In this document: positions 1-11,630 of the stretch, in pieces
How the letters are laid out: every line of letters starts with the position of its first letter
Numbering within the stretch: position 1 is the first letter of the stretch
From: Rhodosorus marinus CCMP1338
Lineage: Eukaryota; Plantae; Rhodophyta
Direction of reading: 5' to 3'
Assembly: GCA_029953675.1 (NCBI GenBank)
Contig: JAMWBK010000007.1
Coordinates: forward strand, 1,922,001-1,986,000
DNA: 64,000 bases
Translations under genes and position numbers: made by a program
Notes under the pieces: generated by a model
What the model was told of the DNA's origin: nothing
Databases searched by the model: none
The model's input: only the letters and a program-made list of their open reading frames with translations

Positions 1-2026
1 TTATATTGGAACCGACGCGTGAGCTCGCTGCGCAGGTGAGTTTCGGATAAACTGTTGAGGGCGACTTCAAGCATTATCTTTGTGTGGACGCGGGGGGAAT
101 TCTCCGCTAACGACGAAAAATATCCACTTTGAGATGAGTTAGGTCGAGCAAGTGGCGCAGAAGCTCTTTCGTCCATGGCACTGGATTGTTGTCGGAGCCG
201 TTATGGGAGGAGAGAAAAAGAAAGCTGAAAAGTCTCGACTGCGAAAAGGTGTAACGATTTTGATTACCACCCCAGGTCGGATGGTGGATCACCTCCGGTC
301 CACTGCGAGTATGCAGCTTGCGAACTGCGAGTGGCTCATTCTAGACGAGGCGGATCGTCTGCTCGATCTAGGATTTGGTCCAGCAATTCGTGAGACTATT
401 GAGACTCTGGACAAGCGAGCTAAAGACGTTCAGTAAGAGGTTCAGACTCGCTCTCCGTATGATGGGGGTCTCAAGTTCCCTCTAACACCGTTTCTTTGCG
501 GCTCTTTCTGTCATGCGCGTTCGCAGAGAAGTGGAAGCTGAGAGTAGTAGTTCGCACAGAAAGTTTCGAAAGCGACGGCAGAACATTTTGTTATCTGCCA
601 CCTTGACAAAGGAGGTCACCAAGCTGGCTGACATCTCTCTCCAAGATCCAGTGAAGATCGTATTAGGGGGTAGGCAACTCAACATCTTCTGGCTCGGGAG
701 ACCATGCTTGTTTATCTCCACCGCTTCCTCGTCTTACTTCAGGTGACGAGGAGAAATTCGATACGCCGGAGAAGTTGGTTCAGCACTGCTGTGTTGTGGA
801 GCAGAAATTCAGGTTGATAACTCTGATCGCCATACTCAGGCTCAGAGCCAAGGCCAATCCATCAATGAAAGCGGTCGTGTTCTTCTCCAGCTGCGACGCC
901 GTGGACTACTACCATCGACTTCTTCAGACAGTCAACTTCCCTCAGGAGCTCATGTCAGAAGAGGACCTTCGAATTGAAGACGTCCACGACAATCCTTCCC
1001 AAGCGAAAATTTTGAAGTCCTCAATGTGCTGGATACCTTTGCACAGACTTCACGGGTCAATGTCGCAACTTGACAGAATCTCAACGTTCCGTCAGTTCTC
1101 TTCGGTGCGTAGCCCTAAGCTTTGGCGGCCTCCGGTACTAAATAGTACCCCTGAAGTTTTCTTAGAAAGAAAGTCTGCAATTCCGCCAAAATTTTCCTTC
1201 AACAGGCGAAAGGAGGGATCTTGTTCTGTACTGATGTAGCGGCAAGGGGCTTAGACCTATCCCATCTGGGGCTATCGGTCCAGTTTGATCCACCTACGCA
1301 CGACGAAGACGTGGAATACCTCCACCGAGCAGGGAGGACTGCACGCATGGGCTCTACAGGGCATGCTCTGCTGTTCGTCTTGCCAGAGGAAGAGCCGTTT
1401 ATCGCTCATCTGAAGGCGGAGAAGGGATATCAGATGAAAGACATCGTAGCCAACACTGCAGTTGCTGCTCTTAAGGATGGCAAGGTCAGAGACTCAGAGA
1501 GGGAGTCTCGGTACGTAACAAGCGTATTGCAAAGCGCTCTTCAGGGTGCCGTGGAGGTATGGCTCTGTCGTCAAATTTTTCTCCGGTCTGGACTGAATAT
1601 AGTCAAGGGGTTGCGACCCTAGCAAGAGGTTGCTTTGGATGGATGGCTAATCGTTGGTTGTCCTATTTACAACAGAGTGACAAGGAGCTCAAGGTTATGG
1701 CCTCGGCTGGATATCGATCCTATATTCGTGCTTACTCCACTCACAGCCATTCTGTGAAAAAATATTTTCATCCGAAGAACCTTCACCTCGGGCACGTCGC
1801 TAGAAGCTTTGCCCTAAAGGGCGATCCTCTGACGGTGCAGGAGATCAAGCGGATGAATCAGCCCAAGAGGGCGAAAGCCACAGCGCGCGGGGGAGCGGCG
1901 GCATCCAGTGGGGGGGCTGGAGCATCTTCTGGTCGTTTTGATAGTAACGACCGGAAAAAGCGTAGGCGTACGACGCTCAGAGCTCAGGACGCTAGAGTAC
2001 TGCTCTCGTCCGAGTTTGGGGCCTGA
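1..2026 (+). CDS. DBP7: DEAD-box RNA helicase, DBP7/DDX31-like (5' partial, multi-exon)
   Basis: Motifs EPTRELAAQ (pos 9-35), [51 protein letters not shown], and C-terminal [21 protein letters not shown] introns such as 36-142 join the ORF fragments. Confidence 0.93.
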
Positions 2027-2054
2027 TCGAGCTCCAAATACTCAATATTCCAGA

Positions 2055-4072
2055 TCAATATGTCGGGGTATCCGCTTCATCGTCCGACAACTCTTGCGCT
2101 GGCTCGTATAAAGGTCCTGCCGCCGTTGCTTGTCCTCGAAGCCGTTCCACGATCGAAAGGTTTTCCGGTAATGCAGCGCTCGAGGTCACACCCTTTCCGA
2201 ATTGCTTTTCCTCATGCCATTTATCCAGCTCGCTGAGCTCGAGTGATTTAACGTCTGCAGTGAAAAGGCCGGTGGTTAACGCTCCGAGGAGAGAGACGAG
2301 CCCACAAGTCAGGAATATGAACCTTGTGCTCATGAGGCCGAAGACCATAGTCCCCAGGAGAGCACCTCCCTGACAGAAGACCGAAAAAGACAAACTCAAA
2401 GAGGTTCATATTGCGACGGTGCTTTTCCTTTGCGGAGAGAGGTGACTCTCGGTGAGTTTGTATTACCTTGCCGGAGAAGGCTGAGATTCCGTGTGCAATT
2501 GATCGAACCTCGGTAGGGAACGTCTCAGCGGGTAGCAGATAGGTTGTTGCGTTGGGACCAAGTTGCCCAAAGAAGGAAGTTACTAAATACAAGCTAATTA
2601 TTACAGTTGAGTTGCTTGCAAGGTAGTTGAAGAAGAGCGTAACGAGAAGGAACACCAGTGCAAGGACAGTGAATCCAAATGCTTGCATGTTCCGCCTGCC
2701 AATTCTGTCAACGAGGAGGATGGCAAGGATGTACCCTGCCAAGGACACAAGGTTATTGATTAAGATGTAGCGCTCCTCTCCGACGAGAGAGTCCGAGGTA
2801 CGAAGCGAGCTGATGATGCTCGAGATGAAAAGCTTGTTTCCGTAGAAACAGACGTCCCACAGAAACCACGAAAACGCGGTTCCAAAGAGTCGCGCAAAGT
2901 AGAAACGGTGAAGATCTCGAAACTTTGCGAAGAGACTCGATTTCGCAGTGCCCCCTCTTCTGGAGAACGCTGCACTCTCATCGGTGAAGAAGAGCCTGTA
3001 AAGAATCACCAGCAACAGAAACCAGAATCCGACGATGTAGACCGATCTCCAGATACGCCCCAGGAGAGCGGCGTTGTACCCTAGCGCATTGGCCTTGCTC
3101 TTGCTGCAGTCGAGAACCTTGACCCTAGCTAGTCGTACGCTCACCAGCAAAACGCTAGAGCCAACTAGTGCTCCCAAACCCTGCATCGTGAAGACGGTGA
3201 CCACGTACGAGCCTCTCTTGGATGCAGAGAGAAACTCCTCTGCGCGTTCAGTTGCAGAGACCGACGATAGAGGATATTCCCCTCCGATACCAAACCCAAG
3301 AATCGCAAATCCGATGGTGAACACGGTGAAGATCCCGCTCTTGCTTCCGCCACTGAACGGAGTAAAAGTCATCACGGCAGATCCCACCAGCATAAAGAAG
3401 CTCACAACAACCGAACCAACTCGCCTTCCGACAACGTCGGAGAAATACGCGAAAACGAGCATTCCAACCATGATTCCAATGAACTCAGAACCCGATAGGA
3501 TGAGTTTCGTCCTCTCGTTGCAGCGAACAAGCAGACATTCCTAAGGGTCGAAAACGCTGACCACTCAGCAAAGCAAAGGTGACAGAACTGGTTTTCGCCT
3601 GACCTGAAACGGACACCCTCACCGCTGAATCTGCTACTTCCGGTCCTCCATCTCCAAAAATCTGAGGACAATCACTGTTCGAAAGACATACTGGATCGCT
3701 CTCATCAGTCGCCCAGCATTCAGGGTATGCAGCACGCCAGATCCCATGCATCTGTCCAGTGGTGAATATAAAATACGATTCTGCGAACATACCCAGTCCC
3801 TGCGGCAGCAGAGCACGAAGGATACACCAAAGCAACCACTCAGATCAAGTAACTCAGCTTGTTTTCTTATGCGGGGCGTGGGTTCTAAATCAGCCACTGT
3901 CCAAAGGCACAACGGCTCGTTCTTTGGTGCCCGTCCCTTCCTTTTCGTGGCTAAAGGTATCAAAAAGAGTAACAAGTTTTAGACTCACAGCAAGCATACA
4001 CCGAAGCACAGTTCGAAAACTCCATCTTCTTTCAGGTTCAGTGCCTTCTATCTCATCAGGAACTTCTTCCAT
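2055..4072 (-). CDS. MFS inorganic phosphate transporter, PHO84/PHT1-like (multi-exon)
   Basis: GFGIGGEYPLSS, FTMQGLG, WFLWDVCFYGN, FFGQLGPNATTYLLPAETFPTEVRSIAHGISAFSGK; many transmembrane segments. The ATG at 4072 is inferred. Confidence 0.88.
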
Positions 4073-4208
4073 ACCTATTTAGCTTCCTACAACAACAAAA
4101 AGAGAATAACAGACTGAAAAACGAAACTACTAAATAGTCGACGTCAAGTCTGCCAACTTCGCGGCCTCCTTTCACAGAAACTCAAACAGATAATATGTTG
4201 TGGAATAC

Positions 4209-4393
4209 TTCAGGGTGGTCCTCTGCCAACTCTTTTGTCGATTTCAGGGTGACCATTGAAAACGGGCCCTTCATCACTACCGTTGTAGGCTACATCAGGG
4301 TGACTATTGAACATGGTCCTCCAGAGACTTTTTGCGTTTGCTTCAGGGTGATCCTCGAAGATGGTCCACTGAGGACGGGTTTGCTTCAGGGTG
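4209..4393. repeat. Five copies of TCAGGGTG at 34-51 bp spacing; inverted sixth copy at 4751
   Basis: TCAGGGTG at about 4210, 4244, 4295, 4343 and 4386. Copies 2-4 also share a downstream GAA-x-A-x-GG-x-CC. CACCCTGA at 4751. Confidence 0.8.
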
Positions 4394-4892
4394 ATGTTGG
4401 CTTCATATACGATGAAGTTTGTATACGGTGAGGTTTCGAGAGGCTAGAGTGGTCACCACCGAGTGAAGTTAAGATCTAGTCTTCTGGTATATAAGTGACA
4501 TGTAAACGAAAAACTCAATAAGGGTGAAACGAGAAACACCCAAGGAGAACTTGCGTTGAGCCCCACTCTGGAAGTCCTCCGTTGTGAGGTTCACTACAAA
4601 ATGCGGTGGCCTAAAGGAGGAGATCGATCTGGAAATTTTATTTTTCTTCCTTCTGAAGTAGGCTGGACGATTAAGTTAAAAGCATGTATGGAGAAACACC
4701 AGCCCCAAGTTGGTATTGAATAGACTGAAAGCAATGGGCACGCTATAGCTCACCCTGATGCATAACGTGCCGAAGAGGATGAGATGAGTGAATAGAAAGG
4801 AGTGGTGCTAATGGGGAATATGAACCTGTCCTTGGAAGTCTTTGGAAGATTCTTAGAGTGTACAACGATTTGAAAGGTTCACCTTCATAACG

Positions 4893-6067
4893 ATGAGAAG
4901 AGCAATGTTAAGAAGTTTGCAGGCGGTTTTATTACTGCTTTTCGTTTTCAGTCGGGTCGATGGTTTGTCCCAGCTTTGTATCCAGAGCATGCCTGTAGTT
5001 GTGGGGAGTTCAGGAGTGGATGGGACGGAGAATTTGATGCCAATCGCTGTTGTTTCGAGCTTGGAGCATATCCTCTCAAACGGTTTGATTGAGGCACTTG
5101 AGGTTGAAAGGAGGCAGGCCATTTTCTTCCTCGGCCGTGCGGATTTTAGCTACAATGAGAAAGCAGTGAGGGATATTGTCTCTAGGGGCCATCACGTGGG
5201 CCTCAGCTTTCTACAGGATTTTGAGGAACATGACCTGCGATACGAAATAGAGATCGCGAGGTCAATCGTGACGGAACAGGGCTTTGCGGAGTCTGTGACG
5301 GGAAGGAAGCCGATCTTTCTGCTATCTCCGAAGCTTGGCATTAGCTCAACGCTCATTAATGCCACGCGCTCAATAGGCTGCTTCTTAGTTCATTCGGACT
5401 CGGCCCTGGTCGAAGCAAGGGCTGATATCTTGAAGGTAAGTCTAGGCAATCGATTAAATGATTTCTTGAATGCCTCCAACTCACCAGCACCTTTTGTTGT
5501 CGTGGAACATCAAAGCCCAATTCTGTCTCGGTGGAGAGCCTCCTAGATTCTGAACAGATCCACTGTGCTTTTGATCGAACTTTGTGTGACTTTGTTGGCC
5601 CACGTGAGAGTTTTCGGAAACAATGCGATCGCTTTAGAGTCGAATACTATGGACGGGAAGGCATAGACCTGTCCAAATTCGTGCCGAAGCGGATGCAGGA
5701 TCTCCGACCTGCGGAGTTTGAAAAAGCGTTGGCTGCAGAGAGTGCACCTGATGAGAAATCGTTCCTCAAGAGGAATAGATTGCGAACCCAAAGAGCTTAC
5801 GACAAGATCGACGAAGGAAGGTCATTGAGGGAGATTATGACAGTTATGTACGGTCTCAGCGACGAGCAAATTGAGAACGATCTTGACGGAGCGCTTCGGG
5901 TGGAAACCCGCAATCCATCGCGACTCTATTTGGACACAATCATGTTCTTGGCGGTGTCTTCCCTCTTGCTGTACATAGGCTTAACCGTAAGGAGCTTGCT
6001 CGATAGCAGGGAGTCAATTCTCCCAAGAGTTCTAAACTCCCTAAGCGGCTTCTCGAAAGCCGAATAA
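4893..6067 (+). CDS. Secreted or type-I membrane protein with a degenerate NodB/polysaccharide deacetylase-like domain
   Basis: Signal peptide, then AIFFLG...VRDIVSRGHHVGLS...YEIE...VTGRKPIF, matching the CE4 layout. C-terminal transmembrane segment. The two ORFs can be joined in phase by an inferred GTAAG(5436)...CAG(~5557) intron. Confidence 0.55.
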
Positions 6068-8153
6068 CTAACATAAAGAAGACTGCTTTCGGATGGAACT
6101 GTCGTCCCCCTCTTGAAAATGGCCCAGAGAAAAGCGGAAAACAATTGATAAAATCCGATCGTTCGTTTGCCAAGGTCAGGGTTTCTTCGCGTGGTGGGAA
6201 CAGTAAACACGAGACCAAGGCGAGGGACGAACAGATACTCGAGCGAGGCCTGGCTTGCCTAGCACAACTACATCGACTACATGCAAACGCAATTGGATAT
6301 ACCCTCGCCCAGTTTTATTCTGTGATCCTGAAAACAAAACGTCGATCTCGTCTCCGCTACGGGTTTGTTCAATTTTAAAAAAAAACGCCTACTGGCGACC
6401 TCCGCAGCCACGAAATCAATCGATTGAAAACTCTGACCCTCCACGCGCCTGATGGAATGCACAGGCCACGCTTCGTATCCAATCGCATTTAGCGGAAGAC
6501 TTCATACCTCACCTCCGGCCAACTCCAGTGATGACCGCTAACTTCACAACCCTAGCTCCACTCTTGACCTGTCAGCCCAACTGGCTAGCCAACGCGAGGA
6601 CAGTCTGCTCATAATTTACTTCTAAAAAACAATTTGCTTGGTAACGAGAAGCCGATGCGATATATTTGTTTTTTTTAATTTCAGAAGATATATCATTTGT
6701 TGTAGATACTAAATTGATTCAGTCATTAACGGACGGGAGGCGCCAGATCGCTTGCTTTTTAATATTTTTAATGAATTAATAGTTTGATGGTGGAGATTGT
6801 TTTTGTGAAAGATTGGACAGCTTCAATCATTTAATACTGGGAATGGATTGGATTCTCGTTGCTGTTTGACGGCTTTGGACTGTGTTGGACTGCATGACTG
6901 AGTTAGTTGATGTTCCGTTTCTAGGCTTCTGCCACGGCGCTAATAAGTGATGCTAGCCAACTGAAGGCAACCTCACGGGTTGTTCAAGCTCGTAACTGCT
7001 GGTCTCATGTGTAAGTGCGGCCGAGTGGTTTTAGATCACCGGGTGGGATGGTACCCGCTTGCTATTGATCTACATCTGTCCCGTCGGTTGTTGAGCGGTT
7101 TACTTATGGAGCTGATCTTCGTCACATGAGCCTGATCCCCACCTCCACTTTCAGCTGAAAGTCAATCGATCTTCACCAAAACGGACGATCCCAAACCACC
7201 ACCACCTCCCGAGCGACCCTGAAACCTGTCCACTAGCACAACTCAATTCCGACTAATTTTCCAACGCCCTACCAGTGCCAAGCAATTCATTACCAACTTC
7301 CTCTCCCACATTCCCCCCCCCCCCCGAAAAAAAAACAGCGCTGACCCGTGTTGACGTCCCAACCCAACTCCGGACACGCCACATTCCATCGCCGCCCCCA
7401 TCTCCCCGCCACCTAAGAGCAAGACCGCCCCGTCAAGCCGTCTATACAATGCCTAATTTAAAGCCCCGAGGACCAGATCTAATCGTGCAAAAGAAATGGT
7501 CCATCCTAATTAAGAGATATTCCTACCTCCCCATCCAACTTTCACAATTCTAGTAATTTTCAAAAGGTCAATAAGCTTGCCAATTTCTCCGAGTAGAAAA
7601 ATGAATTTTGTTTGATCAAAAGAATCCAATTTTGAAAGGGGAGGAGGGGGGGGGAAGTTTCGTTTCGTACCTTCCAGATGTACGACCCTCCTTACTTTTT
7701 ATAATTTTACATGATAACAGTAGGCGTATATATAACAAACAGCAAGAAGAGGGGGTATAGGCAACTTCACAAACCATCAAACCAGGATCGTATTAATAAT
7801 CAATAATACCTCAATATTTTTACTATAATAAAATACTACAGTATAAATGAAAATGAGTAGGGGGGGGGGGGAAGGAGTATCCGTTCACGCCGCCATAGGG
7901 GTAAGATACGACAATGACAGATTCAAGGAATTTTTTATATATTTCTATTGATATACATAGTTTGTTTTTTGAAAATAAATAAAGAGTTCCGTTTGCTTGC
8001 AGATGTTATCTTGATTTTCTGTGTTTTAGATGCTTTTTAGAAGTAAGGCTTTTATGCATTTTGGTTTTTTTTTTAAGAAAGCGAAGGAAAAAGTGGGCTT
8101 TGGCTGTATGAGATAAGAATTGGGAGGGTTGGGGAAGGGGGGGAGGAAAGGGG

Positions 8154-8160
8154 TATAAAA
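8154..8160 (+). promoter_or_regulatory. Candidate TATA box, cysteine synthase copy 1
   Basis: TATAAAA about 190 bp upstream of the ATG, conserved in position in copy 2. Confidence 0.5.
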
Positions 8161-8348
8161 GGGGTTATTGAGATCTCGATTGGGAGGGGAGACTGGTGGG
8201 AGAGTTGAGGTGGTAGTAGTCGTAGTGGGAGGGTTTGAAAGAATTGTTGTGTTAGAGAGGATCGGACTGCTGTTGCTGTTTTTTGGTGTTTTTGGGAGAA
8301 GCGGGTTTGTGTTTTGTTGATTGGGGTGTTTTGTTTTTTTTGGTCGCG

Positions 8349-9658
8349 ATGGGTTTTGTTTCAGGAGCTGGAGTGTTGAGGATCAAGGCTGGGAAGTCTT
8401 CGATCAGCGATAGGCGTTGCGGTGTGAGTAGCAGAAGCCGTATTTCGATGGTGGTTGCCGGGCAGGCGACTGTTGTCGGGGCTGATGCAACGGCGTTGGT
8501 CGGAAATACGCCGATCGTGCAGATCAAGAAGATTGCGGAGGAGGATGGCACCGTCGCGGAGATTTACGGCAAGCTGGAGTCTATGAATCCGTGCGCCTCG
8601 GTAAAGGATCGCATTGGACGTGGAATGATCGATGGCGCGGAGGCGGATGGCCTCATCACTCCGGGCGTCACAACGATCGTGGAGCCTACCTCGGGAAACA
8701 CTGGTATCGCACTTGCGTTCATCGCCGCTGCTAAGGGTTACAAGATGATTCTCACCATGCCTGAGAGCATGTCTATTGAGCGAAGGATGGTGCTGCTCGC
8801 TTTTGGCGCCGAGGTGGTTCTGACTCCCGCGGCGATGGTAAGATGACTCCCCGTCCGTGCTCGACAACCAGGAAATTTTAGCGACGGAGATCGGGCGTTG
8901 AAGGTTGTGGGCCTGCCGCCTAGTTCAACCTAGGGACTAACGTTTGTACACCTGCATTTGGGTGGTTTCTCAGGGAATGAAAGGAGCGATCAAGAAGGCT
9001 GAGGAGATCGCTGCCAAGACGAAGAACTCGTTCATGCCGCAACAGTTCGCCAATCCCAACAACCCCAAAGCCCACTATGAGACAACTGGACCGGAAATCA
9101 TGAGCGCGATGACTCCTGACGTATTTATCTCTGGAATCGGTACTGGAGGTACCATCACCGGAGCGGGCCGGTACCTCAAGGAGAAGAACCCGGACATCGC
9201 CATCGTTGCTGTCGAGCCCACTGAATCACCAGTGCTTTCTGGAGGTGCTCCCGGTCCGCACAAAATCCAGGGTATTGGAGCTGGTTTTGTGCCAGCCATC
9301 TTGGACACCAAGATCTACGATGAGGTTGTTCAGGTATGAAGCTCTCAACTTGACCCTATAGCATGCGCAGAAGGAGATTTCTGAGCCGGGTTTTGATGGT
9401 CGTTGTGGAATTTGTGTGCAGGTCTCATCTGCAGAAGCCATTGAGATGGCGAGGCGATTAGCCGAAACCGAGGGTCTGCTTTGCGGAATCAGCTCTGGAG
9501 CAGCGATTGTTGCTGGAGTGAGAGTAGGAAAGCGCCCGGAGATGGCCGGGAAGAAGATCCTTTGCATCATCCCGAGCTTCGGAGAGCGATACCTCACCAG
9601 CGCTCTGTTTGAGAAGGCACGCACGGATGCATATGAGATGACCGCGAGCGAGGTCTAA
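8349..9658 (+). CDS. cysK: Cysteine synthase / O-acetylserine(thiol)lyase, plastid-targeted, copy 1
   Basis: MGFVSG transit peptide; [17 protein letters not shown] (PLP lysine), [46 protein letters not shown]. Exons 8349-8837, 8974-9333 and 9422-9658. Confidence 0.96.
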
Positions 9659-10127
9659 CTTCAGTGGTTTTAGTAGCCTCTCAGTTTTTTCCTGAGCCAC
9701 CACTATCCCATATGTATGTGATCGATTGTCACCGAAATTAGACGCCGGATGACAGGGGATAAGTGCGGCTCATCAATGCCCCGATCAGTAAGCAGTCTTA
9801 GCATGTGTTTTTCTTTTTCCCGTTTGTCAAAAAAAGACGCGGCGCTCCGGAGCGCGCTCGCATGAAAAGGAAACTTTCAATGCTGACTCAGCGCATCCCC
9901 AAAACTCTACTGCTCACAAACATTTATCCAAAACGCTCATCGCCCAGGCTCGTAGGCCAGTCTCGGCGGTGTTGTTCAGGCCTCAGCGGGAGCTTCTTCG
10001 TTAATAGATCTCTGTGCATGCACTTTTCTCATTTAGGCCATTCGGATGAATCAGATCATCAACAGACGACCAAGCTATCAAGCCGTCCAAAAACCCAACG
10101 CTAGCGGTGTCTTATTAATTCTTCGAA

Positions 10128-10159
10128 AAAAAAACAGGTCCGATAGGACCTGTTTTTTT
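10128..10159. repeat. Perfect 14-bp inverted repeat with a 4-nt loop
   Basis: AAAAAAACAGGTCC-GATA-GGACCTGTTTTTTT. Confidence 0.85.
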
Positions 10160-10752
10160 ATTCAATCAACATAGTCTAATAATCAATCATCTCCCATCCA
10201 TGTATTGAATCATGATTACTTCTTGGCGCTGCAAGCTCTCAATCCCATGTCATGAATCATGATTACTTCTCGGTCAGAGCAGATGCCACTAAAGTCACAC
10301 AACCAGCAAGCTAGTAAGCTTCAATAGTTTGGTAACCATGAGTTTCTTCAGGACATGTGTTCCTAAGAATGGAGTTGGAGAATTGATGTGCCCGCAATGC
10401 CGTTGTTTTGTGGCATCAAGCCCAGAGTCTGGGTGATCCCTCCGAAAGCCTGTTTATGCGAGGAGCCAAGGAGGCGGCACTCCCACCTGGAGGCGTACTA
10501 TATAAAAAAATACGAGTGCTAAAAAGTACGAAAAAGTGTAGACAAGTGTAAAAGGTGTAAAACGCTATAAACTGACCAAAGTGCTTTTAAGAAAAGCTCA
10601 TAAACCACTGCATGTAGCGGGTTCAGAGCTGGAGTCTGAGGATACTAAATGAAGTTCCCGCGCTCTTGAGAACCCCTGAATGTCTTGTCTATTCTGAACC
10701 GGCTTTTGGAGTGTTTTTGGATAACGTCTACATATAAATGGATAATTCTAGG

Positions 10753-11033
10753 CTGCGAAAAGCACGAAGACGCAAATCAGAAACAGGATCGACCTTGTGA
10801 AGCTCGAAAAGGTTGAAGCAATCAAACCCTTTCATCGCACATCCGAACCGAGGAATCTCAATCGGCATAGGCAGATGTTGCAGCTGTTTGAGAAAGTACT
10901 AACAGTGCAGCATCCGCCTGTTCCGATTGAGATTCCCCGTTTGGGATGGGGGATTAAAAGAGTTTGATTGCTTCAACCTTTAGCTTTACAAAGTCGATCC
11001 TGTTTCTGATTTGCTTCTTCGTACTTTTCGCAG
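10753..11033. repeat. ~280-bp fold-back (arms ~135 bp, 12-nt loop)
   Basis: Arm 10753-10888 is the reverse complement of 10901-11033 at roughly 85% pairing. It includes a perfect 20-bp pair (10808-10827 / 10962-10981). Confidence 0.9.
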
Positions 11034-11258
11034 ATGAAAAACAGTCTCTCACAGTCGGCTACATGAGGGCTGTATCCGAGAACGAATCGACCGCAGCTTG
11101 GGCCTACTCTTTGCCTCTCTGCGTTTCGCCATTACTCGAATGGGTTTATTTCGCCACCGTAATCATTCAGCACGCCTATTTCGCCCAGCGAAAGTCCCAA
11201 AGCCCAACAACGAACGACCATGCACCGAAAAAGAAGCATTAAAAAAAAATATCGGACA

Positions 11259-11630
11259 CAATCGGTCGTTATCGGACCATCGGACGAAGCCCAATTTGTC
11301 TTTTATATTCAGATCCGATAAACTCATATCGGACCGTCTGATGTTTATCGGACGCACTCGGACGTTGTTGTATCGGACGGAGATGACAACCCTACTAACG
11401 AGCATTCGGGTTCGGAAATGTGAGAAACCCAATCGGTATTGCTCCAGGGCCCAGTTGTCTAAACAGTGGGGGTGGAAAACTGAGACTTTAAGGGCGGAAA
11501 AGTCCGAACACGGATCCGTGAATTACCGTGAGAAAGAGGAGGTCTTAGCACCTGCTCTATAGGTTCTTGTATCTGAATTGGAAAGAAAACAACCCTTTTT
11601 GTCCGTTACAGGTCCGATAACTACCGATTG
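11259..11630. mobile_element. MITE-like non-autonomous element with 20-bp TIRs and ATCGGAC subterminal repeats
   Basis: CAATCGGTCGTTATCGGACC (11259-11278) matches the reverse complement of 11611-11630 at 19/20. ATCGGAC occurs six times in 11251-11378. No target-site duplication was identified. Confidence 0.45.

Noticed and set aside
10128-10159. Hairpin plus T-run read as a bacterial rho-independent terminator
   Set aside because: The context is an intron-containing eukaryotic chromosome with no bacterial genes nearby. Kept only as an inverted repeat.
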